64,000 nt of DNA from Takakia lepidozioides (lineage: Eukaryota > Plantae > Bryophyta): the NCBI GenBank assembly GCA_030704615.1, contig CM060731.1:41416001-41480000 (forward strand). Direction: 5' to 3'. Positions 1 through 12,958 of this stretch are shown here, one piece after another. The position numbers and the translations under genes are program-made. The notes under the pieces were generated by a model that saw only the letters and a program-made list of their open reading frames with translations, was not told where the DNA came from and did not search any database. Within the stretch, counting starts at the first letter, position 1; each line of letters opens with the position of its first letter.

Positions 1-667
1 GTTTATGTGGAGTTCCATAAGTTCACTTCTGATGCATTGTTGGACGCAGCTTGAAACTTGCGGTTCCGAACCTGATAGATGTTGTGAGGGCCCGGGCTGT
101 CAGACCTTTGGGTGGAAGGGCTTGTAACCTTGCTGCAAGATGGCCTCGGTACATATGCAAATTCCGCACATGAATTTGTGATGGTGTTGTATCTCTAGCT
201 CCAAGCATTCCTTGGAAGAAAGACCGTTGCAATGGTTCCAGAAATTTCTTCCCACCAGGAAACTGGAACACCAGGTGCCCAGAACTCACAGCCATGAGTG
301 GCAGCAGGGTGACAACCGATTCGAAGCCACTTTTTGGGAATGCATTTGTTTGCATTTATCCTGAAGGTGTATGGCGGCAGCGTTACCCTTCGTCAATCTG
401 TCCATAGCAGACGATGCAAACTGATTTTGGGTAAGTGGATGACCAGACCCAGGTATGGGTATGATTTCATGTCCTCTCTCTTGCTGGTTGAAGAGGAATC
501 TCCGATCCACATGGCCATTGAAAACCATGATCTTGGTTTTGCTAAGATTGACCTGCAACCTGTAGTCTTCGGAGAAGTCTTCCAGGATGCCAAGGTGCCA
601 TTGTAGGAAGACAGGAGATTAATAGAACAACATCATCAGCATAGAGAAGTACTAATTGTGTTAGTCC
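1..667 (-). mobile_element. Degenerate non-LTR retrotransposon (family A, RTE/RTEX-like) RT fragment
   Basis: Minus-strand peptides LLYADDVVL and QVNLSKTKIMVFN are RT motifs; frameshifted; mirror copy of 15664-16329. Confidence 0.85.
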
Positions 668-1994
668 TCCATTGAGAACTTTTGTGTTGAAGTGAAACCA
701 TGAGGCCATTGGATGGCCTCTTAGGTATTTAGGGGTTAAGGGTGACAACATGCCACCAGGGCCACCGCTACGATCACTACAAAGGAGGTACCCCAAAGAA
801 CTTGCCCAAAAACAATCTGAAATCATAGGTGTAAGTGCACATCCTGAGAATGACTCCAGACAGAATTACAGTTTGCTTAGTATGAAATCGTGTGTGAAGT
901 CTACTTTCACATGCAGGCATCCAGTTTTGGACTGCTATGAAAACTTCTGGAATAGTTGAAAGAGAACCATTCCAGTGACGCCAGCTCTTAAAGCAACAAA
1001 GCAAAGACTGTAGATCACTTGTGGAAGGTGATAAGCATAAGTAACAGAGGTCCACCAGGCAGTTCACTGGGGTAGCCACTAGTCAAGCTCCAAAAACTCC
1101 AGGAAGAAGTCATCAGACAAAGCAGCCCAAGCAGCCAAAGCACATTAAACGTGTCCTTGGCACCTTAGCAAGGTCAAGTGCACACCAAAGGTAAACATTA
1201 ATCTACAGCAAGAAAGTCTAGATACCTCCCCCCTCCTATGTGGTGCTCTTTTCACTCTGTCCATGTCCTTCTCCTGACATCGACTACGAGTGATTCTCCT
1301 CCATACTCGTTTCTTTTCCTAAAAACATTTCTCTGTATACCAACGGGCTCATACGGATATCGTCATCTTCTCCACATATCTCACAAAGCACGACTCCAGC
1401 CACCTTCCAAGCAAAGCGAAGGCTTGGGGGAATCCATCCTGTTGGCATTCACGTATTCTGTAGTTATAAAGGCTATACACCACGTAATGAATGGCCGTTG
1501 CCCTCTGACAGATCGTCTCCGTCAATAATCGCCGGCCCTTCATCTCGATTGCTACGGCACAGAGCATCTTCACAACCCACATGGAATCTCATTATGTTTC
1601 GTCTGAACCAAACACCATCCAAAAACATCTTAATGGCTCCATTTTAGAGGATAGACATCAGATTCACTTCAGATCTGTCAAAGATTGGATGACCCGCAAA
1701 AACCATGTAGCATGACAAATGAGAACAGCAACAGAAGGCTAATTCCATACCACCCTCAGATGCGAAGCATGATATTGATCAAGACGGGTATGTTGGGAAG
1801 AATGGTTATGAATAACGAGGGAGACTGTTGAAACGCAAGACAGTACAAGGAGCAACCACTCGAGAAGATGGAGTGGGGGAAAACAAATAATGCGGGTAGT
1901 GCTGGTTGGGCTGGGCGCCACCCAGAACCATACCAGAGAGCCGAGATGGTCTACACTCCAGATTTCGCGACTTACATTACCATTTGTGTCAAGG
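1..1994. repeat. Left arm of a ~2-kb inverted repeat (partner 14328-16329); may extend beyond the window start
   Basis: Position 1 GTTTATGTGGAGTTCC is the reverse complement of ...GGAACTCCACATAAAC ending at 16329. Position 1994 pairs with 14328 (CCTTGACACAAATGG). The ORF track shows the same peptides on opposite strands (e.g. 334..606+ = 15725..15997-; 777..1079- ~ 15241..15543+). Confidence 0.97.
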
Positions 1995-2455
1995 TGTGGA
2001 GTTCTCTGGGCCATTTTAAATTCTGCTAACTGTGGGTAAATGCCAATGAGAAACACCATCAACATTTGCAGGTTGACTGTAACATGTTGTAAGAGCTTTG
2101 AAGTACCTGTCGGTACTTTGTATACATTTACTCGGTCAGGGTATATCTTCTCTCTTTGTCCAAAGATGTATCATTGGTATTGGCTGCCATCCACATCCTG
2201 TACTCCTTGAAATGCCGGTCCCATTCGTTGTAGTATTGATCAGATCCGGGACACTTGAACTTCATTTGCAGTATCACCTCCCCTGCTAACCACACATAAC
2301 ATGATGGAAAACCAGAATCAAGAACATTTAAAGGTGGAGGCTTACTTATGGGGCCAGCCTTCCATGACTCTAGTGATGCCATTCTGCTCACTTCTTTTCC
2401 CATTCACCTCCTTGTTTTCCAGCTGTGTGCAAATGGGTGTTGGGAGTATGATGTT
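668..2455 (-). pseudogene. Inverted 3' fragment of an RDR-gamma gene (penultimate exon ~2107-2282, last exon, 3' flank)
   Basis: GEVILQMKFKCPGSDQYYNEWDRHFKEYRMW matches the exon at 27462-27637. 2300-2450 is the reverse complement of RDR intron sequence at ~25990-26135. The last exon (FAWKVAG region) is frameshifted. Confidence 0.88.
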
Positions 2456-2459
2456 CGAT

Positions 2460-2760
2460 GTCTGCCCAAAGATTGGAGCTGCCTCTGCAAGGCTGTGAGA
2501 GATAGTGCAAGCATTTCATTGGTCCAGTTCATCAGGGTTAGGGTTGAATGCCCCTGCACCTCTTCTGTCTTCAATAGATTCAACCATATTAAAATCGCCT
2601 GCGATTATCCAACTATCTATAGATGGTTGATCCCACATTCTGGAATTAAGTACAGCCCAGAATTGAGTTCTCTCTGTCGCAGAGTTTGGAGCTTTGGCAT
2701 TCTGCTATGCTCTATCAAGGCTGTCTTGATGTCTTTCAACTACCAATAGTTACTTTGTAA
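2460..2760 (-). mobile_element. LINE AP-endonuclease remnant
   Basis: The reverse complement of ~2550-2610 reads IIAGDFNMVESIEDRRG, the GDFN motif of EEP/APE endonucleases; stop codons present. Confidence 0.55.
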
Positions 2761-4678
2761 GGTGCTCAAGAGTTCTCACCCACAGCAAATAGCCTTGCAG
2801 CACAAGGGAGATAAGATCCAAGCATTTTCTGTTCACTGTGGCAACCTAACCTACAGCAGAACTTTGGCGGAGGAGGGTGAACGCTTTGCTGAATCTTACC
2901 TGAGCATCAAAGGCTTTCCTGAGATTGGTGCTGGTTTTTTATGGGGACAGGTTGACATGATCCAGCTAGATACAAGTGATTATCTTCACCAATTAGGGAT
3001 CAGGTTGAGTAATTTTTAATCTATCATCAACTAGTGTGTGATCCCTAATTGCAGAGACATTATGGAAGCTCTCAACAGAGTTGGAGATGTTGTCAAAGCA
3101 ATGGAGTTTATTGGGCAGAGCTTTGGTAACTAAGGATTGTTTGCAATTCTCAACTGTTTAGGGCAATGGTCAACATGTAAACCTTTGATTATTTCTTTTT
3201 GTGAATTCCACCAATATTTTTAATCTTCCTTCGTCCGATAAACTCTCTTAGCTTCCCATTGATAGTGTAGAATTTCTTTTTTTCTTTGTTTCATGGTGCA
3301 GTGAACATTTTGAAACAAACTGATGATTTTCTATTGTGCAGGAAATCAGAACAGCCTCAAAAATCTCACTTCTGAAGTGAGCATTGGGGGATGGTTGGGC
3401 CCCACCTTTCTTCTTGTCCCGCCTTCCACTTTTTCCAGCTCTGTTGTGCAGACATGACATTCTACCGTCTATTTTTTTTCCACCTCTTTGAAAGTTGTTT
3501 GATGGATTCAAGTTGTAGCCCAATGGTAATGGACACACACCTCCTCGGAAGTGGTTGTGGATTCAATCCACCCATTTGTGTCACAAAGGTGTCCACCTTC
3601 GTGGCGGAAGGCAGTAACCCTTTAGGGTGAAAGAGACACCATAATTTATGCTTCCTTCGAGAGGCGTCAAATGTAAATATATATACAATTCGATGGATTC
3701 ATGTACACAGCAACAAGAGATTCAGTGCATTGAGTCAATTGAGCAGTAGTGCACTATCAGAGTACTTTGGACATAGAAAAAGACCAGGAGAGCATGTTCA
3801 GATACCCACGATTGTGGATATGTAATTTTTGTGAGGAGAGCTGGGGCGACTTGATTGCACCACTCTAGGCTCCTGGTGTGGGGCATTCCTCGATTTTCGG
3901 GCACCACCCTTGTGTGGGACCTTCCCTTGCATAAAGCATATGAAAGATTTCTTTCCACCTTCCGAATCTTTTCGACCATGCGCTTCTTTTCATTCTCTAC
4001 TCACTGCTAGCTTTTTCTGTGTGTCCTTCCAGCTTTTGTTGAAAAGAAGAAAGTCTGTCAGCGCCCCCAAGCGAGCCAATCTACTCTTGGGGAGCAGATA
4101 ATAACAAAGATAAAGATAAAGATAAAGTTTCTTTAACGTCTAGTGAATTTACTGAGCCTAACTGCTCAACAGACAGGCCATCGAGGGCCCAATGGACGGT
4201 CTGAAGGCACATGTTGAAGGATTGAACCCAGTATCACACAGGTTATGCATAGGCAAGGCACAAACACCCAACCACTGGGCAAGTGCTTTATGTTTAACGG
4301 GAAGGTCAATGAACATCCATGAGCGGATTGTTCATCCATATTTCTGGATGAACACTGGGAAGAGAGAGGGAGCGAGGCAGTCATGTTGGGTCCTTCTCCT
4401 CAATGCGATCCTGTGTCCTCGGTGCTACTTGCTTCTTCTTGCGTGCTCGCTGCCATGGACGCCCTGCATCGTCTCCTCACTATGCCGCACAACGCCATTC
4501 CAATGGCTGGGGATGCTTGTACATGCGGTATGAGGTCTTTCCCACATGTATTGATGTCTGTTGGGATTTAATATTCTGAAAGAGGTAGTGGGTTCTTGAG
4601 AGTGTGAAGTCATGGCATGGCATGCAGCTTGTGGTGGATGAAGGGTGGTGCTGCATCGGAAGCCGATCGAGGGTGAAC

Positions 4679-7600
4679 ATGAATTGGAGCGTACAGTGGA
4701 AGAGTCAAAATGTAGGATGGGCTACCTGGGCGGCGCTTGCGATTGTTGGTGTGTGCTATGTTCGCTGTGCCGTGCAGTGGCTGCCTCCTCTCTGGTCGAA
4801 ATCCAGTGCTGCATCTGCTCAAAGGTCCACGCGTGCTTCCAGCTCTCAGGGTCTACATGAACGGGCTACCGAGGATGACTGACTCAGTGGATATCAGCGC
4901 TGCATTTGCTCAAAGGTCCACGCTTGCTTCCAGCTCTCAGGATCCACATGAACGGGCTGCCGAGGATGACTCAGTGGATATCAGCTCTGCATCTGCTCAA
5001 AGGTCCACGCTTGCTTCCAGCTCTCAGGATCCACATGAATGGGCTGCCGAGGATGACTCAGTGGATATCAACCGCGGCAACCGAACCCCCAGAGGTAACG
5101 CTGTCAGCTTTCTTTCCTCCATTGAGAGAGCTACTCCGCTGGCCTCCTTGGGTGGGATTGACAATTAGTAGGGGTTATCAGACGATAGCCCACCGCCGCG
5201 AGCTTCTTTTGTGAAAATTCCGCACCTCCCAGAAGTGGTGGAAATTTGGCGGGACTTGATGAGCATAAGTCCTTCTCACCTTGCGCCAACTTGTTTGAAG
5301 TATGGGGAGTAGTTCGCACCAGACCCGATCTGAATGAAGAAGCACTGTTCTGGTGTTAAGTTTAGGAACTATCCATGGTAAACATGATGACATGATTAAA
5401 CTGACCCTTTTGCAAGTCAACCTCATCCTCTTAGGCATTCACTTTGTGCAGGAGAAGGTTCTGTTCTTCTATGTGCAGGTCCCGTGGAGAGGTATGATGT
5501 GTTTATCAGTCATAGAGGGCCGGACGTAAAGAAGACTTTCGTGGGCCACTTGGATGAGGCGCTGCGCACTGCTGGGTTTAAACCGTTCCTTGACAACAAA
5601 GATATTGGTTTGGGAGAGAGTACATGGGAGTCCATCGATCATGCTATCCGCAGTGCTCGAATCTGCATACCGGTGTTCAGTAAGGGTTATACGGAGTCCA
5701 AGTGGTGCCTGGATGAGCTATGCCTCATGTTGAAAAGCCGTGACGATGTCATCATTTTGCCCATCTTCTATGATGTGACACCCAGCGATGTACGGAGGCC
5801 AGATAATGGTTGTCTAAGGGCTGGGCTTGAGAAACTAAGACAGCGGCACACTGATGAAGAAGTGACAAAGTGGAAGGTGGCACTCACTGAAGCATCACAT
5901 CTCATGGGAGTGGAACTTGCAGATGGGTAGGGTGTGCAAAGTTTGCTTGCTTACTCCTGAGAACTCTTGGACTTTTATAAGCATTCATTACCCAATTGCT
6001 CCTACCTTGCTGTCTTCCTTTTATGACTCTACCCTTGAAGTTGTGGAGGCCTTTGGCAACAACGAGGGGCTGCATGGGGATATCGTTTTCTTTTCTTGTC
6101 GGTTTTAAGGATTTGTCATGCGTTCTTGTACCATCAGGTCATTGCACTTACTTTCTCTTGGAGAGAAAATGATGGTGGCCTGATACTTCCATACGTCTTC
6201 ATATGTTGCTTGGTCCATGGATGTGTGAGAGGCAGTCACCAAGTCTATATACTACAATTCTTAGTTCAGGGTTCATATGAATCCATGTTCATTGTTTTGT
6301 TATGGTAGCGACTTTTATACATGCTTCTTTTTTTCTTTTTCTTTTTCTTTTTCTATTACTTTTTTGTTGCTGTTTCTCTAATTGTTTTTTGTTTGCTCAT
6401 CTGAAAATTCCTCTATAATAACCTTAGATCAGATCTGCTCAACGCTTCTTATTTGGCTACCTTCAACTGTAAGTATGGATATATCTCCATATTCGTAAAG
6501 ATATTACAGCCCACTCTCTATTCCCTCATTCTTTTTATCTCCTAGGAAAGAATCGTGCATGCAAATGTAGAAGTGGGACTTTAATTATATGATTTAGGAT
6601 ATTTCATATAAATTTCATGATAGTTGTAATTGTTTGTTTTCTGACGAGATCTTTTAGTGGATCAACATCACTTTTAATGGCAAAGCCCCTTGGCACTATG
6701 AGCTTTGCATAAAAAGTTGTTTGTTGCACTCTTAGATCACAAAGTGTGGTGCTGATTGTGGTGTAGATGTTGGAGCTCCTTGGAAGCTTGCTTTTGACTT
6801 TGGATAACTGATTGAAAATTACTGATTCTTAGAAGCAATTCTTGATGAGATGCTTATGGGGCACTGCCTTATGTAGCCTTATCAATACCCTTGATGTGCA
6901 GGTCTGAAGTGAGTGTGGTGAAGAAAGCCGTGAAGAAAGTTGAAGAAGTTTTGAACATATTACCATTTGGAACTGCCAAACACCCTGTCGGGCTTAAGGA
7001 AAGAGCAAAAATTGTAATCCAAAGTCTGCAGCTTGGTCCAGGAGTTATGACATTTGGCATATGGGGCACAGGTGGAGTGGGCAAGACGACATTAGCAAAA
7101 GAAATATACAATAGTATTTTTACGGGTTTTGAGGCGGCTAGTTTTGTGGCGGACATCAAGGAGAGAGCTAAGCAGCCTGATGGGGTCACCAACATGCACA
7201 AGCAATTGCACGATGACATATGCAAAAATACAGATTTAAGGATGAATTGCGTATCTCGAGGAAAAGAAATATTGAAGGCGCGTCTACGGGGGAAGAAAGT
7301 TTTGATTGTGTTGGATGACGTTGATGATCAGTCTCAAATGGATGCTCTATTGTTCGATGCAGAGATGTTTGGAGAACTAGGAGATGGTAGTTGTTGTGTG
7401 ATGACATCACGTGACAAGCGATTGATGTTAAAACTTGGTGGTATTTACAATGTCGAGGTTCTTTGTGAGGAAGATTCGAAGAAGTTGTTCAATTTGCATG
7501 CCTTTTCGAATTCGAACCCAAAAGAACATTTTGAAAAGCTTGCAAATGATGTTGTGAAAGCTTGTGGTGGGCTTCCGTTAATTTTGGAGATAATTGGTGC

Positions 7601-10600
7601 ATCATTGAGTGGAGAGGAGAACAGAGGTATTTGGGAAGAAGTCCTTGAGAAGTTGAAGGAACGATCTTATCTCCCAGAGAACAAAAAACTATATGAGATC
7701 TTGCGAATAAGCTTTGATGCTCTCGAGGAAGATCATAAAAAAATGTTCCTTGACATTGCTTGTGTGCTCCTTGGGGAATCAAGTGAGACAGCTAAACGAG
7801 CCTGGAAAGGATCTAGGTGGTCTGCAGAGATTGGACTTCGAAACCTCATTGATAAGGCATTGGTGAAGTTGGACTATGAACGTAGATTCTTGATGCATGA
7901 TCATCTACGAGACATGGGTCGACACATTGTGATGACAGAGCATGGTTTGCTTGAGAAGTGGAGTGGCTTTTGGGTACCCCAAGACGAAGCAACAGACCTG
8001 ACTGAAAATGAGGTGATTTCATAAAAATCGAACTGTCTATTCCATTGTTGTTAAAGTTTGTTCGAAGCAAGTAAAGACTCAAATATTTGATTGATGGGTG
8101 AAGAGGGAGCGAACTGATTGTTCCAAGTGTTAACACATTTTGAGAGCTGCACTACTTCAAGGCTTGACTGTAAATCAACAACTTGATGGACATTCATTGT
8201 ACAAGAGAAACACAAAATGTAATGCACGTTCAATTCTTTTCATAGATGCCATATGATTGGAATTTCTATTTGAAGATGTCAAGAATGTATGTTGTGGTGT
8301 TGTCCAGATCAAATCCAAGGTCCAAGTGCTTTCACTAAATTTGGAGAATGTGGACAGAGATTCCAAAAGATTGGCTATGGAGAGCTTTCATACCATGAAA
8401 AAGCTAAGAATACTTTTCTTACATGATTTCACATGGGAATCTTCCATTACTTTTCCAAAGAGTTTGACATGGTTTCGCATGTGTGATTTGCGATCCGACT
8501 ACTTGCCGCACGGGCTTTCTTTTGTGAATAATTTGCGCGTGCTTCATGTGCGAGACAGTACCATCCAAAAGTTGTGGGAGGAAGATCATAATAATCAGGT
8601 ACATGTTACTTAAATTGAATATCATATATTGCATTCAATGTAGACTTTAGATTGTATGCTTCTTTGAAATGTTGTGTTGTAAAAATTGAGTTGGGATCAA
8701 TATCTATTATTTTGAGTAAAACTCGGTGCGGATAGTAATAAATTTTGGTGATATTGTCTTGAAGGGTCCAACACACACTTTGGCTCATATGAAAAAAGTG
8801 GAGGAGATAGAACTATCTAGGTGTTCGAGACTTGAAATGCTTCCACATTCGATTGGAGAGCTAACGATGCTTCAAAAGATGATTGTCAAGCATTGTACAA
8901 CACTCAAAGGCGTGCCAACTTCCATTGTTAAGCTTACAATGTTAAAAGTCCTCAACTTCGAGGGTTGTTTCAATATACAAGCCCTCCCTGATTGTTTGGG
9001 GTTGTTGAAAGAGCTCGAAGAGTTGGACCTCTCATCATGCACCCGCTTGGAGTACTTGCCTGAGTTCAGCGAAGGAGTGGTTCATCTCCAAAAACTGCTT
9101 CTCATGAATTGTACAGCACTCAAAGGCCTGCCAGACTCCATTGGTAATCTTGCAATGTTAAAATACCTCATCCTTGAGGGTTGTTCTAACATACAAGTCG
9201 TGCCTGATTGTTTGGGGCAGTTAAAAGAGCTCTTACTGTTGGACCTTTCTTCTTGTACGAGCTTGGAGAGGTTGCCTGATTCCATCGGAGCATTGATTCA
9301 TCTCCAAAAATTGATCCTCAAGAATTGTACAACACTCAAAGGCCTCCCAGACTCCATTGGTAATCTTGCAAAGTTAAAAATCCTCTACCTTCGGGGTTGT
9401 TCCAACATACAAGTCGTGCCTGATTGTTTGGGGCAGTTGAAAGAGCTCGAAGAGTTGGACCTCTCTTCTTGTACGAGCTTGGAGAGGTTGCCTGATTCCA
9501 TCGGAGCATTGATTCATCTCCAAAAATTGTGGCTCATCAATTGTACAGCACTCAAAGGCCTGCCAGACTCCATTGGTAATCTTGCAAAGTTAAAATTCCT
9601 CTACCTTCGGGGTTGTTCCAACATACAAGTCGTGCCTGATTGTTTGGGGCAGTTGAAAGAGCTCGAAGAGTTGGACCTCTCTTCTTGTACGAGCTTGGAG
9701 AGGTTGCCTGATTCCATCGGAGCATTGATTCATCTCCAAAAATTGTGGCTCAAGAATTGTACAGCACTCAAAAACCTACCAGACTCCATTGGTAATCTTG
9801 CAAAGTTAAAAATCCTCAACCTTGAGGGTTGTTCCTGCAACATACAAGCCGTGCTTGATTGTTTGGGGCTGTTGAAAGAGCTCGAAGAGTTGGACCTCTC
9901 TTCTCGTACGAGCTTGGAGAGGTTGCCTGATTCCATCGGAGCATTGATTCATCTCCAAAAATTGTGGCTCATCAATTGTACAGCACTCAAAGGCCTGCCA
10001 GACTCCATTGGTAATCTTGCAAAGTTAAAATTCCTCTACCTTCGGGGTTGTTCCAACATACAAGTCGTGCCTGATTGTTTGGGGCAGTTGAAAGAGCTCG
10101 AACTGTTGGACCTTTCTTCTTGTACGAGCTTGGAGAGGTTGCCTGATTCCATCGGAGCATTGATTCATCTCCAAAAATTGATCCTCAGCAATTGTACAGC
10201 ACTCAAAGGCCTGCCAGACTCCATTGATAATCTTGCAATGTTAAAATACCTCAACCTTGTGGGTTGTTCTAACATACAAGTCGTGCCTGATTGTTTGGGG
10301 CAGTTGAAAGAGCTCGAAGAGTTGGACCTCTCTTCTTGTACGAGCTTGGAGAGGTTGCCTGATTCCATCGGAGCATTGATTCATCTCCAAAAATTGTGGC
10401 TCATCAATTGTACAGCACTCAAAGGCCTGCCAGACTCCATTGGTAATCTTGCAAAGTTAAAATTCCTCTACCTTCAGGGTTGTTCCAACATACAAGTCGT
10501 GCCTGATTGTTTGGGGCAGTTGAAAGAGCTCGAAGAGTTGGACCTCTCTTCTTGTACGAGCTTGGAGAGGTTGCCTGATTCCATCGGAGCATTGATTCAT

Positions 10601-12958
10601 CTCCAAAAATTGTGGCTCATCAATTGTACAGCACTCAAAGGCCTGCCAGACTCCATTGGTAATCTTGCAAAGTTAAAATTCCTCTACCTTCGGGGTTGTT
10701 CCAACATACAAGTCGTGCCTGATTGTTTGGGGCAGTTGAAAGAGCTCGAAGAGTTGGTCCTCTCTTCTTGTACGAGCTTGGAGAGGTTGCCTGATTCCAT
10801 CGGAGCATTGATTCATCTCCAAAAATTGTGGCTCATCAATTGTACAGCACTCAAAGGCCTGCCAGACTCCATTGGTAATCTTGCAAAGTTAAAATTCCTC
10901 TACCTTCGGGGTTGTTCCAACATACAAGTCGTGCCTGATTGTTTGGGGCAGTTGAAAGAGCTCGAAGAGTTGGACCTCTCTTCTTGTACGAGCTTGGAGA
11001 GGTTGCCTGATTCCATCGGAGCATTGATTCATCTCCAAAAATTGTGGCTCAATAATTGTACAGCACTCAAAGGCCTGCCAGACTCCATTGGTAATCTTGC
11101 AAAGTTAAAAATCCTCTACCTTGAGGGTTGTTCCTGCAACATACAAGCCGTGCTTGATTGTTTGGGGCAGTTGAAAGAGCTCGAAAAGTTGGGCCTCTCT
11201 TCTTGTACGAGCTTGGAGAGGTTGCCTGATTCCATCGGAGCATTGATTCATCTCCAAAATTTGTGGCTCAAGAATTGTACAGCACTCAAAGGCCTGCCAG
11301 ACTCCATTGGTAATCTTGCAATGTTAAAATACCTCATCCTTCAGGGTTGTTCTAACATACAAGTCGTGCCTAATTGTTTGGGGCTGTTGAAAGATCTCGA
11401 AGTGTTGGACATCTCTTCTTGTACGAGCTTGGAGAGGTTGCCCGATTCCATCGGAGCATTGATTCATCTCCAAAAATTGTGCCTCAAGAATTGTACAGCA
11501 CTCAAAGGCCTGCCAGACTCCATTGATAATCTTGCAATGTTAAAATACCTCAACCTTGAGGGTTGTTCTAACATACAAGTCGTGCCTGATTGTTTGGGGC
11601 AGTTGAAAGAGCTCGAGCTGTTGGACCTTTCTTCTTGTACGAGCTTGGAGAGGTTGCCTGATTCCATCGGAGCATTGATTCATCTCCAAAAATTGTGGCT
11701 CATCAATTGTACAGCACTCAAAGGCCTGCCAGACTCCATTGGTAATCTTGCAAAGTTAAAAATCCTCAGCCTCGAGGGTTGTCCCAACATACAAGTCGTG
11801 CCTAATTGTTTGGGGCTGTTGAAAGATCTCGAAGTGTTGGACATCTCTTCTTGTACGAGCTTGGAGAGGTTGCCTGATTCCATCGGAGCATTGATTCATC
11901 TCCAAAAATTGTGGCTCAAGAATTGTACAGCACTCAAAGGCCTGCCAGACTCCATTGGTAAACTTGCAAAGTTAAAAATACTCAACCTTGAGGGTTGTTC
12001 CTGCAACATACAAGCCGTGCTTGATTGTTTGGGGCAGTTGAAAGAGCTCGAAGAGTTGGTCCTCTCTTCTTGTACGAGCTTGGAGAGGTTGCCTGATTCC
12101 ATCGGAGCATTGATTCATCTCCAAAAATTGTGGCTCATCAATTGTACAGCACTCAAAGGCCTGCCAGACTCCATTGGTAATCTTGCAAAGTTAAAATTCC
12201 TCTACCTTCGGGGTTGTTCCAACATACAAGTCGTGCCTGATTGTTTGGGGCAGTTGAAAGAGCTCGAAGAGTTGGACCTCTCTTCTTGTACGAGCTTGGA
12301 GAGGTTGCCTGATTCCATCGGAGCATTGATTCATCTCCAAAAATTGTGGCTCATCAATTGTACAGCATTCAAAGGCCTGCCAGACTCCATTGGTAATCTT
12401 GCAAAGTTAAAATTCCTCTACCTTCCGGGTTGTTCCAACATACAAGTCGTGCCTAATTGTTTGGGGCAGTTGAAAGAGCTCGAACTGTTGGACATCTCTT
12501 CTTGTACGAGCTTGGAGAGGTTGCCTGATTCCATCGGAGCATTGATTCATCTCCAAAATTTGTGGGTCAATAATTGTACAGCACTCAAAGGTCTGCCAGA
12601 CTCCATTAGTAATCTTGCAAAATTAAAAGTCCTCCACCTGCAGGGTTGTTCCAACATACAAGTCCTGCCTCATTGTTTGGGGCTGTTGAAAGAGCTTGAA
12701 GAGTTGGACCTCTCTTCTTGTACGAGCTTGGAGAGCTTGCCTGATTCCATCGCAGCATTGATTCATCTCCAAAATTTGTGGCTCAATAATTGTACAGCAC
12801 TCAAAGGCCTGCCAGACTCCATTGATAATCTTGCAAAGTTAAAAATCCTCAGCCTCGAGGGTTGTCCCAACATACAAGTCGTGCCTGATTGTTTGGGGCT
12901 ATTGAAAGAGCTCTGGAAGAGTTGGACTTCTCTTCTTGTACGAGCTTGGAGAGATTGA
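4679..12958 (+). CDS. TIR-NB-ARC-LRR (TNL) immune receptor with predicted N-terminal membrane anchor; exons 4679-5094, 5479-5926, 6902-8012, 8308-8598, 8765-12958; this allele may be disrupted by a 4-bp duplication in exon 1
   Basis: GT-AG junctions have matching phases (1,2,0,0). TIR motifs YDVFISHRGPD and SKWCLDEL; P-loop GTGGVGKTT; kinase-2 VLIVLDDVDD; GLPL; MHD (FLMHDHLRDMG); 1410-aa LRR ORF. Confidence 0.93.
4808..5070 (+). repeat. Three tandem 87-bp (29-aa) Ser/acidic repeats in NLR exon 1
   Basis: GCAT(C/T)TGCTCAAAGGTCCACGC starts at 4811, 4902 and 4989. Copy 1 is 4 bp longer because GACT is duplicated at ~4877-4884. Confidence 0.95.
5479..5926 (+). CDS. TIR domain exon of the TNL
   Basis: ORF 5484..5930 contains YDVFISHRGPDVKKTFV, IPVFSKGYTESKWCLDEL (catalytic Glu present) and LPIFYDV. 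Confidence 0.96.
6902..8012 (+). CDS. NB-ARC exon of the TNL
   Basis: ORF 6891..8024 has intact P-loop, kinase-2, RNBS-B (GSCCVMTSRD), GLPL, RNBS-D (MFLDIAC) and MHD motifs. Confidence 0.97.
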
